A DNA stretch of 64,000 nucleotides from an uncultured delta proteobacterium. Its GTDB lineage: Bacteria > Myxococcota_A > Polyangia > Polyangiales > Polyangiaceae. Numbering within the stretch: the first letter of the stretch is position 1; each line of letters starts with the position of its first letter. The translations under genes and the position numbers were made by a program. Shown here in pieces: positions 1 through 10,169 of this stretch. Location of the stretch: contig CAVOKF010000008.1 of assembly GCA_963696385.1 (NCBI GenBank), positions 224,001 through 288,000 of the forward strand, read 5' to 3'. Under the pieces are notes generated by a model. The model ran no database searches, was not told the DNA's origin, and was given only the letters and a program-made list of their open reading frames with translations.

Positions 1-1451
1 TGCCACGCCATTCCGTAATAGCCGGTCGTGCCCGGCGGGGGCCCGACGCCCGGGATCGTCACGACGTCTTCGACCTTCGTGTTGCTGAATGTCTCGCTGT
101 ATCGAACCGTCGCGTTCAAGCCGAACGTGTTGGTGAACCGGTACTCGCCAAAGACACTCGCATCGGCCACGACGTCGGTGAACGATGGGCCGCGCTCCTG
201 AGGCACGAGCGGGCTCGTGCCACCGCCCTCCAGCCAATACATCGTTGGATATTGCACGGCACCGACGCCACCCTGAACCGAAATGACGGCGCGCCCGGCA
301 AACATGTAGTCGAATTTAAGATATCCGCGATCCAGAATGTCGTAATTGCCCAAATAGCTGTTCTGAAAATCGCGCGTAAAGCCGAGTGAGATCGACGAAA
401 GCGCGAGGCCGATGTCGGTCGCCCGTGCGATTCCCGGGCTCGCGGCGAGATACCACTTGAGCTCCGCCTGCGCGAGCAGGCTGTCGAACTGCTGCACGTC
501 GGGAATTTTATTGTCGTTAAAGCTGGCTCCCCACCCCAGCATGGCCAGGACCGCGAAGCGCTCGGTGATGAGGCCGTTCAAACCGAGTCGAGCGCGCACC
601 GGCGTCGAGCTGACCAAGCCCTGCGCACGCGCCAGGTCGGCGTTGGTGTACGTAAAAAAGTCCAGCGTCCCATCGTACAGGAGTGCGGTCCGCGGGCGGA
701 ACCGCCAACGGCCACGCATGTACGCTTCGTTCGAATAGTTCGTAAAGGGCTGAGCGACGCTTTCTTCGAAGAGCGTCGTGGAGAACCGATACCCGAAGTG
801 CCAGTCGAGAGTGCCTCCGCCCGGAAGAATCGCGATTTCGGCGCCGGCTGTGACCGTATCCTGATTGAACGAGACGTTCGGGTCGGCGTTGCCCTGATTG
901 GGCAAGATGGTGCGCCCGTAGCTCGCGAAAACCGCACCGCCGACGGGACGATTCGGCAGGATGTCGAGACGCGCGTCCGCGGCGCCCCCCACGTTGGCTT
1001 GCCCCGCGATGTCGTTTTGCGGCTGCGACGCGTCGCTCGTGACACCAAAATAGGCCCGGTACGTCGCATTCACGCCCGCTCGAAACGCGACCGCCGGGGT
1101 CTCGAGGGGTCCTTCGTCTTGCCGTCGCTGCACACCGACCGTCGAGAGGTATAAGGACGGGGTCACCCGCAATTCGAGCGCAGGGACGACAGGCGCTTCG
1201 GGCGAACCGTTGTCGACCTTCTGCTGGTTGCTCCGCTGAAACCAGTTGGAGTCGTAGCCAAACTCGCCGGCAATACCCGGATGGATCTCGAGATCGCCGG
1301 CTTGAATGCCGATGCCTTCGGAATAGCGCCGATCCTTCAGCCACGTCGGCGTATCCGGCTGCGAGGTGTACTGCGGCTGTGCGAACGCCGCCGCCCCTAC
1401 CAGGAGCAGCGCAAGCGCGACAGCGGACGATACGAGGCCTCTCTTGATCAT
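1..1451 (-). CDS. Outer-membrane beta-barrel protein (BBP2/EpsX-like type), truncated by the left window edge
   Basis: Hand translation from ATG 1451: MIKRGLVSSAVALALLLVGAAAFAQPQ... signal peptide, then GDLEIHPGIAGEFGYDSNWF and aromatic-rich amphipathic strands. Absent from the ORF track because it runs off the window. Confidence 0.75.
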   Translation of the reverse strand, partial: MIKRGLVSSAVALALLLVGAAAFAQPQYTSQPDTPTWLKDRRYSEGIGIQAGDLEIHPGIAGEFGYDSNWFQRSNQQKVDNGSPEAPVVPALELRVTPSLYLSTVGVQRRQDEGPLETPAVAFRAGVNATYRAYFGVTSDASQPQNDIAGQANVGGAADARLDILPNRPVGGAVFASYGRTILPNQGNADPNVSFNQDTVTAGAEIAILPGGGTLDWHFGYRFSTTLFEESVAQPFTNYSNEAYMRGRWRFRPRTALLYDGTLDFFTYTNADLARAQGLVSSTPVRARLGLNGLITERFAVLAMLGWGASFNDNKIPDVQQFDSLLAQAELKWYLAASPGIARATDIGLALSSISLGFTRDFQNSYLGNYDILDRGYLKFDYMFAGRAVISVQGGVGAVQYPTMYWLEGGGTSPLVPQERGPSFTDVVADASVFGEYRFTNTFGLNATVRYSETFSNTKVEDVVTIPGVGPPPGTTGYYGMAW

Positions 1452-1581
1452 CGGTTCGGACGAAAGGTACACCACTCTACGGCAGAGCTACGGCGAAACG
1501 TACATTCGCATTTTGCGAATCGCCCGCGAGCACAGAACGTCTTTGCGTGGGCCACGGAGAGCGCGTCAGCCCCCCCCTACC

Positions 1582-2175
1582 TCACATGACGCAGGAGGTG
1601 CAGGGGGGCGGGGTGGTGACGATGGCTGGAGGCGCACCCAAGGGTGGAAACCCGGTGTTGTCTTCGCCGGTGCCCGGCAAGTTCGGGTCGATCTCGGTGA
1701 TGATCTGGGTCTGCCCGGTAAAGGCGACCTCCGACCCGAGACACTGATTCGCCTCCGCGGCCAGCTGCTCGACGCGCTGACGCAGGACACTCATGATCGT
1801 GAATTCGTGGTTCGCCAACTCCGTGTCGCTCCGTTGCACGGCGGCCTGGAGCGACGCCTGACGGTCTTTCGTGGAACGTCCGGCGACGTCGACTTGCGAG
1901 AGCTTGTCGCTCAAGCACAACGACTTGACGACGTCGCGGGCCTGACGAGCCGCATCGAGCTGCCGGCGAACGACGCCAGCGGCTTGGTCGATGCGAGCGA
2001 TGATGGCGTTCGATTGCACCAGCTCGTCTTGCAGAGACAAGCGAGGACGCGCTTCGAACCCGACCTGCGCCGACGGGGCCGTTCCGGTTCCGTTTTGCGC
2101 GGCCGCCGTCCCCGCCGCCAACACGAGCATCGCGACTGCTCCCCACCGTAGACCCGCCCCAAGTCCTATCGCCAA
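1582..2175 (-). CDS. Secreted helical protein with several Cys (myxobacterial hypothetical)
   Basis: 197-aa ORF, GGAGG RBS at 2181-2185, signal peptide (..AAGTAAAQ), coiled-coil ARQARDVVKSLCLSDKL...EANQC, Pro-rich tail. Confidence 0.8.
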   Translation of the reverse strand: MAIGLGAGLRWGAVAMLVLAAGTAAAQNGTGTAPSAQVGFEARPRLSLQDELVQSNAIIARIDQAAGVVRRQLDAARQARDVVKSLCLSDKLSQVDVAGRSTKDRQASLQAAVQRSDTELANHEFTIMSVLRQRVEQLAAEANQCLGSEVAFTGQTQIITEIDPNLPGTGEDNTGFPPLGAPPAIVTTPPPCTSCVM

Positions 2176-2438
2176 GATAGCCTCCGATCCCTCGCGTGTG
2201 TCCGTAACCGACTTTAACGGTCGAGGTGGATAGTGTCAACGTGGCATGATGCGACATTGCCCAAGTGGTCGGAGCCGTCCGGACATTGCCGAAGTAGCCG
2301 GAGCCGTTCGATCGACCCGACCCGGAGTCGTACGTTGCGCCGGCAGGCACCGGCATTCAGCGCGAGCGCCTGAGCCCGAGTTGCGATTTCCGTCCGTCGG
2401 GCTCGCTCTCCCACGCGCGCGCGCACGCCGACCGTGGT

Positions 2439-3860
2439 TCAACCGCCTTGGCGCACGAAATTGAACGGCACGCTGATCGTGGATCCATTCGCGCCCGGCG
2501 GGTCGAACTTGGCTCGCCTCGCCACAGACGCGATGCAACCCGCCACTTGAGCCGAAAGCCCGCTGTTGCTCGCGACGTTCGTCGAATCGACCTCGCCGCT
2601 CGGGGCCACTTTGATCAAGAGGACCAGCTTGCCGGCTTGGCTCGGATCCGTTTCGAGCCCCCTTTGGTAGCAGCGCTTCGCCCCAGGGTGAATTTGGCTT
2701 CGAATGACCGCCTCGGCGTTGCTCACAGGAACGCTCATCGAGGAACCGGCATATTGCACGTCGCCGACCGGAACGACTTTGGTCGCCTGACCGGCGCCCG
2801 TCGACGCGCCCCCCGTATCGCCTCCGTGCAGTCCCTGCAGCCCGCCGCTGCCGCGGCCTGGTTGAATCGGACCCCCCGCACCCCCCGGCATATTCAGGCC
2901 GTTGGCGCCTTGATTGCTAATCCCGCCCATGCTGCGCGCCAGTTGATTCAAGTCGACGGGAGCGCCGTTATCGTCCTTCATCGCGCCGTTGATATTGGGT
3001 CCACCGTTGAGCGCGGCGAGGATGGCGATGCGGGCCTGATCGGCCTCGTTCAGCAGCCCCGAGACCACCCGGGCGTCGGGCGCCGTCGGCCCCGCTTTCG
3101 CGGCCTTGCCCTCGGCCTGGGCTTTCGGCGCTTGCGTCGGGGCCGGTGCCGTGTCCGTCGACGACGCGCTCGATGTCGGGGTTTCCGCCGTTTCGACGGG
3201 GGGCGGCACCGTCCTTTGCACCATGTCGATGAGCCCCGCCGTGATGTCGTCGTTGACGACGGGGTCCATCCAGTCGCTGTACATCGCGCCGACGAGGCCG
3301 AAGTGCACGAGGAAGCTGAACGCCGCGATGACCGTCAGGTTCCAGTCGATTTGATTGGCGAGCCCCCCCTTGACCGAGAGCGGCAACTGCGGTCGAGGCT
3401 GCACCGGCGGCGGCGCCACGAACTGGAAGAGGAACGTCGTCTCGCCGATCACGATCTTGCCGCGAGCCTCCTCGGTCAGACGAACCTGGTACGCGGGGCC
3501 CACCCGCCGCGCTTGGCCCTTGAGGCCCGCGAGATCCGAGATGCCCGTTGCCAGCGCGATGCGACCGGTCATCCCGTCGAAAAAATTCAGGTAGTAGTCG
3601 CCGCCGATGAGCTCGAACAGTTTGAACTGCGCAGGGACGTTCGCCTGCACGACGAACGTCGATCGTTCGCTCGGTCCGACGGTCACGCTCGTGCGCTGCT
3701 TGACGATGCGTTCTTCGACGATGCGTCCGGAAGCCACGAGCCCGATGCGCAGCACCTTCGGACCGCTCGCCTGCTGCATCGCCCGCATCACGGCGGTCAT
3801 CTGGCCGGGACGTCCCGAATGCACCTGCGGTCCTACGCCCGGCCCCGTGCCCTGATTCAT
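2439..3860 (-). CDS. gltG: GltG/PglI/AgmX-like protein (N-terminal cytoplasmic FHA-like region, TM helix, TonB-C-like domain)
   Basis: Start likely MNQGTGPG (3860). Beta-rich N-domain ending GKIVIGETTFLFQFV, one TM (AAFSFLVHFGLVGAM), Pro/Gly linker, C-terminal KRCYQRGLETDPSQAGKLVL...VAGCI...ISVPFNF typical of the AgmX/PglI C-terminal domain. Confidence 0.85.
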   Translation of the reverse strand: MNQGTGPGVGPQVHSGRPGQMTAVMRAMQQASGPKVLRIGLVASGRIVEERIVKQRTSVTVGPSERSTFVVQANVPAQFKLFELIGGDYYLNFFDGMTGRIALATGISDLAGLKGQARRVGPAYQVRLTEEARGKIVIGETTFLFQFVAPPPVQPRPQLPLSVKGGLANQIDWNLTVIAAFSFLVHFGLVGAMYSDWMDPVVNDDITAGLIDMVQRTVPPPVETAETPTSSASSTDTAPAPTQAPKAQAEGKAAKAGPTAPDARVVSGLLNEADQARIAILAALNGGPNINGAMKDDNGAPVDLNQLARSMGGISNQGANGLNMPGGAGGPIQPGRGSGGLQGLHGGDTGGASTGAGQATKVVPVGDVQYAGSSMSVPVSNAEAVIRSQIHPGAKRCYQRGLETDPSQAGKLVLLIKVAPSGEVDSTNVASNSGLSAQVAGCIASVARRAKFDPPGANGSTISVPFNFVRQGG

Positions 3861-4038
3861 CTCTGAAACGCCTTTCTCGGAGACATCGTACCCGTGGCCC
3901 GCGTTACCCCGCTGCGCTCGCTCTCGATTCGCCGGCGCAGCGCACCCGAATGCCCGCCAACCCTGCCAGGTTACACGAACGCGACCCGCCGCCCAAACGC
4001 CTGACGGCGCGCCCACCAGACGGGGCCCAAGGCCCCAA

Positions 4039-4314
4039 TCAAAATGGATCGTTGTGAACGGCGGCCTCAATTCGATCGAGAAACGGCTGGCGCAACTCGG
4101 CCAGCGTCAGCTTGGGCTGGATCTTGGCGACGTCCACCGCGGCCACAGGCTTTTGCACGCGGCCCACGATCGTGATTTCGCCAATCTGCAGGACCCCTGG
4201 CTGCGGCTTGGGCGGGCGCGGAGCGGCGTTGGCCGTCCGATCCTGGGCCTGAACGGAGACCGTGGACAAGACGGCCGCGACAAGAACGGCCCCTCGGATG
4301 GCGATGCGATGCAT
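4039..4314 (-). CDS. gltF: GltF/CglF-like small secreted protein
   Basis: GAGGAG RBS, signal peptide, EITIVGRVQKP motif and FLDRIEAAVHNDPF C-terminus. Sits between gltE- and gltG-like genes. Confidence 0.7.
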   Translation of the reverse strand: MHRIAIRGAVLVAAVLSTVSVQAQDRTANAAPRPPKPQPGVLQIGEITIVGRVQKPVAAVDVAKIQPKLTLAELRQPFLDRIEAAVHNDPF

Positions 4315-4331
4315 GATGGTTCTCCTCGTCG

Positions 4332-5714
4332 TCAAGGCTTGCCGCTCGGAACACTCGGGGCCGGCGCAGGGGCCACGGGGTGGGGCGCCGAGGCCGATGG
4401 CGCGCCGCCCGTGGCCGATGGCGACGGTGGGGTCGAAGCCGCGGACGCGGCCTGCTTTTTGAGCTGAAGCTCGCTTTGCTTTCGTTTGGCGGTACTCAGG
4501 AGCTCGTCCACGTCGTCGCCCTGTCCCTTCAAGGCTTTGGCGCCGCGCATGGATTTGTAGTTCTGAAGCTCCGCGATGGCTCGCGTGATCTGGTCTTCCG
4601 GGCCGCCGACCCCAGGCACCGAGGGAGAAAACAAATACAGAAGCCCCAAGTCGTAGTGCGCGCCGGCCAGCGTCGAATCCATCCCGAGCGCCGTGTCGAA
4701 CTCCCTCTTGGCCTCAGCCGACTGGCCGAGCAGTCGGTAGCAGTCACCGAGATCCAGGTGCGCGACCGCCATGTTGGGGGAATAGCGTACGGCTTTCTCG
4801 AGCGGCGATTCGGCTTCCGTCGCGTTGCCCGCTTCGAGCTTCATTTCGCCGAGGTTCGCGTACGCCTCGAACAGGTCCGACCGCTGGGCAATCGCGCGTT
4901 CGAAGTCGGCGATGGCCTGTTTTCGCTGCCCACTTTCGCGCTCGATGAGTGCGCGCAGCAAGAGCGCCTGAGGATTTCCCGCGTCGCGGGGCGGAATCGA
5001 CCCGTCGCCCGCCCCGTCGAGAATGGCCCCAAGCGCGTATCGGGCGAGATCCCACCGGTGACTGCGGTAATAGTCGCGCGCGATGACCACCATCGCGTCT
5101 TTGAAGTCGGGCTGTTTGGCAAGCGCCTGCTGTGCGAGCTGCTGGCAGCCGGCGCTGTCGCCTTCGAGCGACTTGACCTCCGCGAGATCCACGATGAGCG
5201 CCACGGACTGGGGGTCTTTGGCGCGCTCGCCCACGAGAAACTGCTCGGCCTCGGGTCCCCGGCCCGAACGGGCGAGAAGCACGGCGTAGCCGCCGACGGC
5301 CGGCTCGCTCCTGGGCTTGGCCAAGGAGCCCGCGCGAAAGGCGTCGAGAGCACCGGACGTGTCGCCCAAGCGTTCGAGGACGCAACCGAGCGAATAGCGC
5401 GCCGCACCCGAGTTGGGCGCGCGACTCACCGCGTCGCCGAACGCCGCCTTTGCGCTCTTGAGATCGCCCGACGTCCACGCCTGAAACCCGCGATCGTACG
5501 CGGCCTTCGCGTCGCCCGACAAGTCGGCACCCGCCGGGGGGCCGGCGGAAAGGTGGGCCACCTCGGCCGGTGTCGACGCCGCGGCAGCCGCGGCGACCTC
5601 GGGGCTGGGCGCCGTCTTGGGCGGCGGAGGTTCGGCCCCCCCGCAGCCCGATAGCGCGATCGCGGCCGCCCAGGCGGAGGTCACCCCGATCCCGGGAAAT
5701 CTTACGCGTCGCAC
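4332..5714 (-). CDS. gltE: GltE/AglT-like TPR lipoprotein
   Basis: Lipobox IALSG-C, many TPR repeats (AYANLG, AHLDLGDCYR, AHYDLGLLY), synteny. Confidence 0.75.
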   Translation of the reverse strand: MRRVRFPGIGVTSAWAAAIALSGCGGAEPPPPKTAPSPEVAAAAAASTPAEVAHLSAGPPAGADLSGDAKAAYDRGFQAWTSGDLKSAKAAFGDAVSRAPNSGAARYSLGCVLERLGDTSGALDAFRAGSLAKPRSEPAVGGYAVLLARSGRGPEAEQFLVGERAKDPQSVALIVDLAEVKSLEGDSAGCQQLAQQALAKQPDFKDAMVVIARDYYRSHRWDLARYALGAILDGAGDGSIPPRDAGNPQALLLRALIERESGQRKQAIADFERAIAQRSDLFEAYANLGEMKLEAGNATEAESPLEKAVRYSPNMAVAHLDLGDCYRLLGQSAEAKREFDTALGMDSTLAGAHYDLGLLYLFSPSVPGVGGPEDQITRAIAELQNYKSMRGAKALKGQGDDVDELLSTAKRKQSELQLKKQAASAASTPPSPSATGGAPSASAPHPVAPAPAPSVPSGKP

Positions 5715-5769
5715 GATCGCACACTCCCTGTCTTGACGATGTTGGCGGGCGGCATGGGCACAGGACCTT

Positions 5770-8700
5770 CTACGGAGCCGCCGGCAACGGCGCCGGTTCT
5801 CCGTTGGCGGGAGGCGCGAAGACGACCCCGGATCGCCACTGCAAGAACTCGCCGGGAACGTAGACCAACTTCGAGTTCGGACTGAGCGGGTCCGGCGTAT
5901 TTTCGACGTACGCCTTCATCTTGTCGTCACCCAGATAGTCGGTGAGGTAGGCGAGACGCCCGACGGCGCTCTGAACCGCCGCGTCCTTCACGTTGTACTT
6001 GCGCGCCGTGAGCGCCGCCGTCGCGTATTTGCTGACCATCTTTTGATTGCAGACTTCCATGTACTGGTCTTTGGTCGTCCGCCACTTGCTGCGCACCTGG
6101 TCGCGCATGTCGTCCATCTGCTGCCGGATCTGGTCGGCCTTGTCGCCCTGCCCCGCCGCGTCGAGCTTGGCGGCGACGCCCTCGAGCCGTTTGAGAAGCG
6201 CGTCCTGCTGCGCGGTGAAGTACTTGGGAACGACCAAGTCGAGTCCGGTGCGGATCGAGTCGTAGAGCGATCCGATTCGCGCCGTCGCCGCCGCCGCCCA
6301 CTGGAACGACCCGTACTGTTGCGCAATGTGCTCGAGCGGCGGCCGCCACTTCTTTTCGGCCTCTCCGAGATCCTTGTCCACGGCCTTGGTCACGTCGACG
6401 GCGTTGCCGGCGTAGTGATGATTGCCGGCGGCGTAATCGAACCCCGCGCGCACCTCTTCGTCGACCAACGTGAAGTCCGCCTCACCCCCATAGTCGGAGT
6501 AGGGCACGTCGGTCGCGAAGATCTGGACCGTCTTGTTGTCGGCCGCGGCGGCCGCGGCCGGGTAGGACTTGAAAAACTCCCAGTCCGCAATCGTCGTCTT
6601 GAACCAGCTTCGGAACGTGGGGTCTCCCTGCGACTGAAGCATTTTCGCGACGCGGAACGCCGCTTCGAGCGAGTAGCGCGCCGCTTCGGGACGGCCCTTG
6701 TTCGCGGCGTGAAATCGCGTCAATTCGGCGACGGCGAGCTTGCGAGCCGCCCCGTTGGCGCCGGCGTCGCCGCCGTTCGGATCCCACTGCGCGTAGTCGA
6801 AGCTCGCCTTCAAATAGTCCGCTTCGACGCGCTTCGAAGCCGACAGATGCATCTTGGAATCGACCAAGACGGCGTACATCGTGTTCATGTCCGATCGGTC
6901 GCTCAGATTCGAATACAAGACCATCGCGATGCGCGCCGCGTTCGAGCGGCGATCTTGGTCGAAGCGCGGATTGGTGGCGATCTTCGCGAAGGATTCGGCC
7001 GCGCGCTGATACGCAAAGAAGCCGTAATAGGTACTCGACAGGGCATCGTGGGCCATTCCGAGGTACTTGATGCGCTCTTTGTACTCGTCCGGGTTCGGGG
7101 CGACCTTTTCGCCCTTCTTGGCTGGGTCGATCCCGCCGTTTTGCAGCCGATCGAGGATCTCCTCACTGCCGTAATTGCTGATGAACAGCTGGTACAGATC
7201 GATCGCTTTGTTGAACTCGCCCACCTGCTTGTAACAGTAGGCGGAGTTGATGGCCGCCGCCGGGGCGTCCTTGTGGGACGGCGCGGCACGCAGAGCGTCC
7301 TCGTACATCTTGCCGGCTTTTCGCCAGAGCGCATCGCGATCGGGCCCGGGCGCCGCGTCCTTGGCTTGCTTGAAGACCTTGTTCGCGTCTTCGAACGCCG
7401 CGTTCTGCAAGACCAGATCCGTCAGCACGCCGCGTTTTTCCTCGGCGACCTGCAGCTCGGTCTTGGCGCACGAACTGCGCTTCTCGGCTTCCGCCAGCTC
7501 GCGCGACCGCGCGGCATCCTTCTGGATGTTGCTCATGACGATGAGCCGCTTCCACGCCTCGTAGCCGAGCGCGTCCTTGCCGCAACGTTCCTTGTAGATC
7601 GCCTCGAATCGGACGGTCGCCTCTTTGAAATGGCCGTAGAGGTAATACTGATCGGCCGAATACGAGGCGTATTCTGCCGCCCGATTCTGCTTGTCGCGCT
7701 CCGGCGGCACCCGCTCGATGTATTCGTCGCGCGACTGCATCGATTTCTCGATCACGGCCGGAATGTCTTCGACCACAACCGTCTTGTCGCCCTCGGTACC
7801 TTGAAGCTTGACGTCTTTGCGCGGTTCGATGCCGACCGTCCCGCCGGAGTCCTGCCATCTCTGGAACGCGAGATCCCGGTCGACGTCGGCGAGGTCGACG
7901 ACGAACAGCCCCGCGTTGTCGATGAACTGATCGTCTTCGTCGGAATCGCGCACGTCGACCGCCGCCCGTTCCGCCGTCGCAATCTCCGGAGAAGTCGGCT
8001 CCCCGTACTCCTTGGGATCGAATTGATGCAGGGCGACTTCGAGACGCACTTGGTTATGCAACGCGTCCGCATAGAAGTAGCGGCTCTTGTAGGAGTCGGC
8101 CGCGTTCTCGTCCTGCTTCAAGTAGCCGAGCCAGCCGATCGCGGCGAGCCGGTATTCCTGAATCGCGTAGTTGGTCAGACGCAGCTTTTCCTTGGGGTCG
8201 CCCGTTTGGTCGGCCTGCTCGATCGCGGCTTGCCCGTTGCGGGTGTGCGTAATCGCGGCGCCCTTCAAACCGGTCCTCACGAGTTCTTCGGCGCGCCGGA
8301 GTGCCTCGGGATTGTCCTTGTTGGCATCCACCCAGGACGAATCGCCCGTGTACTTCGACAGCAACGTGCGCGACTCCAGAACCTTGCGCTCGTATTCCCG
8401 CCGTTCGTCGCCCATCTTGGTCTGGCGCACGAGCAAATCGTACACCTCGGCGATTCCGTTTTGCGCGTCGGGGGCCGATGGATCGTTCGGCCACTTGTCG
8501 AGCATCATCTGGTACGTGGCAAGGGCATTTTTATATTGATTGATCGCTCGGAACTCGAGGGCGAGGGCCTGGTAGATCTCGATCGTCCAGGGCTTGTCCT
8601 GGGGGATGAGGCGCGGATCCTGGACTCGCTCGATGGCGACATGCAGTTTGGCCTCGCCCTCGGCCGGACTTCGCGCGGTATCGAGAATATCCGGCCGTGC

Positions 8701-10143
8701 GATGTACGGCTCGTCGGGCCCCGGTCCGACGAGGTCGAAATTGTCGAGCGATCCGGCGATGTACGTATAGGCCTCTTGTCGGAAGTCGGCCCCCGGATCC
8801 CCGGTCAGCTTTTGCTGATCGTCGGTGTAGTTCAACAAGCGGACGAACTCTTGGACGGCGGCCTCGTAGCGCTGCTGCTTGAAGAGCGTCCATGCGTACT
8901 TGTAAAGAGCCACCCCGAAGAGCGGTGGCCTCTTGAACGTCATCGCATGCGTGTACGCACTGGCTGCGCGGTTGTAGTCCCACACCGCAGACGCCTCGAA
9001 GTCGACCACGCCGCCGCCGAGATCGTCTTGATCGAATTCCCAGTCGCCGATGCGCCACCAGACCTCGGCCACGTACTTGGGCTCGGCCCCCGCCGGAACG
9101 TCCGGCTGGGCGACCATCTCGCAGTTTTGCGGATACGGGTCGTCGTACGTCGTTTCGGCTTTGGGCCCCTTCGCCAGCGAGGCCGGTGTCGGGTACTTGG
9201 ACCGCCATCGCTTCCAGAAGGCCTCGTCCTGATCTTGGGGGAGCGGTGCGATCGTGTCGACATCCGGATTCTTCGGGTCGCTCGCGACCGGGTAGCTGTA
9301 GCGATTGTGGCACACGAGCGATCGCCACACCTGCTGGGCCTCGGGGACCCGCCTGGAGTCGTTCAGCGCGTGCCCGAGAAAGTAATAAATGCCCGCCAAT
9401 TCTTTGTAATTCGGGAATTCGCGCAGGACGCGCTTGTAGAGTTCGACCGCGGGTCGCAGACCCGTCGCCATGTCCGCGTTCGGATCCTCGTCGCCCCTGG
9501 CGCGCTCCTCGTACAAGGCCGCCAGCCGATACATGGCGTCCGGGGTCGCCTCCGGCTGGGCGTTTGCACCGCTGTATCTCCCGACGAAATCTTCGAGACG
9601 GCGGATCGCGATCTCTCGGGCTTTCCTGAGCTCGTCTTTCTCGATGCCCACCTCGCGGTCGAGCCCACCGAGGATCGACTTTTTTCGGGCCTCGTAGTGA
9701 AGCGTCACGATCGTCGTGATCGCGTCCTTGTAGTCCTGCGCGCCTCGCGCATAGGTATCGGCCTCTTGCCGAATCTCCCGGTACGCGGACACCTGTGCCG
9801 GAGTCGGCGGCGCGAGCTTGACCGCGTGGGCACGGTAGGTGGGTACCGACGCGAGATCCTCCGCCGTCGCCGTGGCCGCGGGACTCGTGGATCCGGCGCC
9901 GCCCGGCGCAGGTGGAGTCGCCGCGGGCCCGCCGCCGTCGGCGTGGCCGGCGTCACCGGACGTCGCGAGACCACCCCCGGCGTCGGCCGCGTCGACCACC
10001 GTCTGTGCCGCGGCCGACCCGGCCTCGGCCGCCGACGAGTCGGACGCGACGGACCCGCCGAGCGCGATCGCCAAAGCCCCCGCCACGCCACCGAATGCGT
10101 GCAGTCTACTTCGCCCCTTCGAACCTCGCCTCGCCATGGTCAT
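5770..10143 (-). CDS. gltD: Large secreted TPR protein, GltD/AgmU-like
   Basis: True start probably MTMARRG (10143). Signal peptide, TPRs (TPDAMYRLAALYEE, ALYKYAWTLFK), about 1450 aa, directly upstream of the gltE-like gene. Confidence 0.75.
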   Translation of the reverse strand: MTMARRGSKGRSRLHAFGGVAGALAIALGGSVASDSSAAEAGSAAAQTVVDAADAGGGLATSGDAGHADGGGPAATPPAPGGAGSTSPAATATAEDLASVPTYRAHAVKLAPPTPAQVSAYREIRQEADTYARGAQDYKDAITTIVTLHYEARKKSILGGLDREVGIEKDELRKAREIAIRRLEDFVGRYSGANAQPEATPDAMYRLAALYEERARGDEDPNADMATGLRPAVELYKRVLREFPNYKELAGIYYFLGHALNDSRRVPEAQQVWRSLVCHNRYSYPVASDPKNPDVDTIAPLPQDQDEAFWKRWRSKYPTPASLAKGPKAETTYDDPYPQNCEMVAQPDVPAGAEPKYVAEVWWRIGDWEFDQDDLGGGVVDFEASAVWDYNRAASAYTHAMTFKRPPLFGVALYKYAWTLFKQQRYEAAVQEFVRLLNYTDDQQKLTGDPGADFRQEAYTYIAGSLDNFDLVGPGPDEPYIARPDILDTARSPAEGEAKLHVAIERVQDPRLIPQDKPWTIEIYQALALEFRAINQYKNALATYQMMLDKWPNDPSAPDAQNGIAEVYDLLVRQTKMGDERREYERKVLESRTLLSKYTGDSSWVDANKDNPEALRRAEELVRTGLKGAAITHTRNGQAAIEQADQTGDPKEKLRLTNYAIQEYRLAAIGWLGYLKQDENAADSYKSRYFYADALHNQVRLEVALHQFDPKEYGEPTSPEIATAERAAVDVRDSDEDDQFIDNAGLFVVDLADVDRDLAFQRWQDSGGTVGIEPRKDVKLQGTEGDKTVVVEDIPAVIEKSMQSRDEYIERVPPERDKQNRAAEYASYSADQYYLYGHFKEATVRFEAIYKERCGKDALGYEAWKRLIVMSNIQKDAARSRELAEAEKRSSCAKTELQVAEEKRGVLTDLVLQNAAFEDANKVFKQAKDAAPGPDRDALWRKAGKMYEDALRAAPSHKDAPAAAINSAYCYKQVGEFNKAIDLYQLFISNYGSEEILDRLQNGGIDPAKKGEKVAPNPDEYKERIKYLGMAHDALSSTYYGFFAYQRAAESFAKIATNPRFDQDRRSNAARIAMVLYSNLSDRSDMNTMYAVLVDSKMHLSASKRVEADYLKASFDYAQWDPNGGDAGANGAARKLAVAELTRFHAANKGRPEAARYSLEAAFRVAKMLQSQGDPTFRSWFKTTIADWEFFKSYPAAAAAADNKTVQIFATDVPYSDYGGEADFTLVDEEVRAGFDYAAGNHHYAGNAVDVTKAVDKDLGEAEKKWRPPLEHIAQQYGSFQWAAAATARIGSLYDSIRTGLDLVVPKYFTAQQDALLKRLEGVAAKLDAAGQGDKADQIRQQMDDMRDQVRSKWRTTKDQYMEVCNQKMVSKYATAALTARKYNVKDAAVQSAVGRLAYLTDYLGDDKMKAYVENTPDPLSPNSKLVYVPGEFLQWRSGVVFAPPANGEPAPLPAAP

Positions 10144-10169
10144 CGTCTTCCTCGGACCCCGAGCGGCCC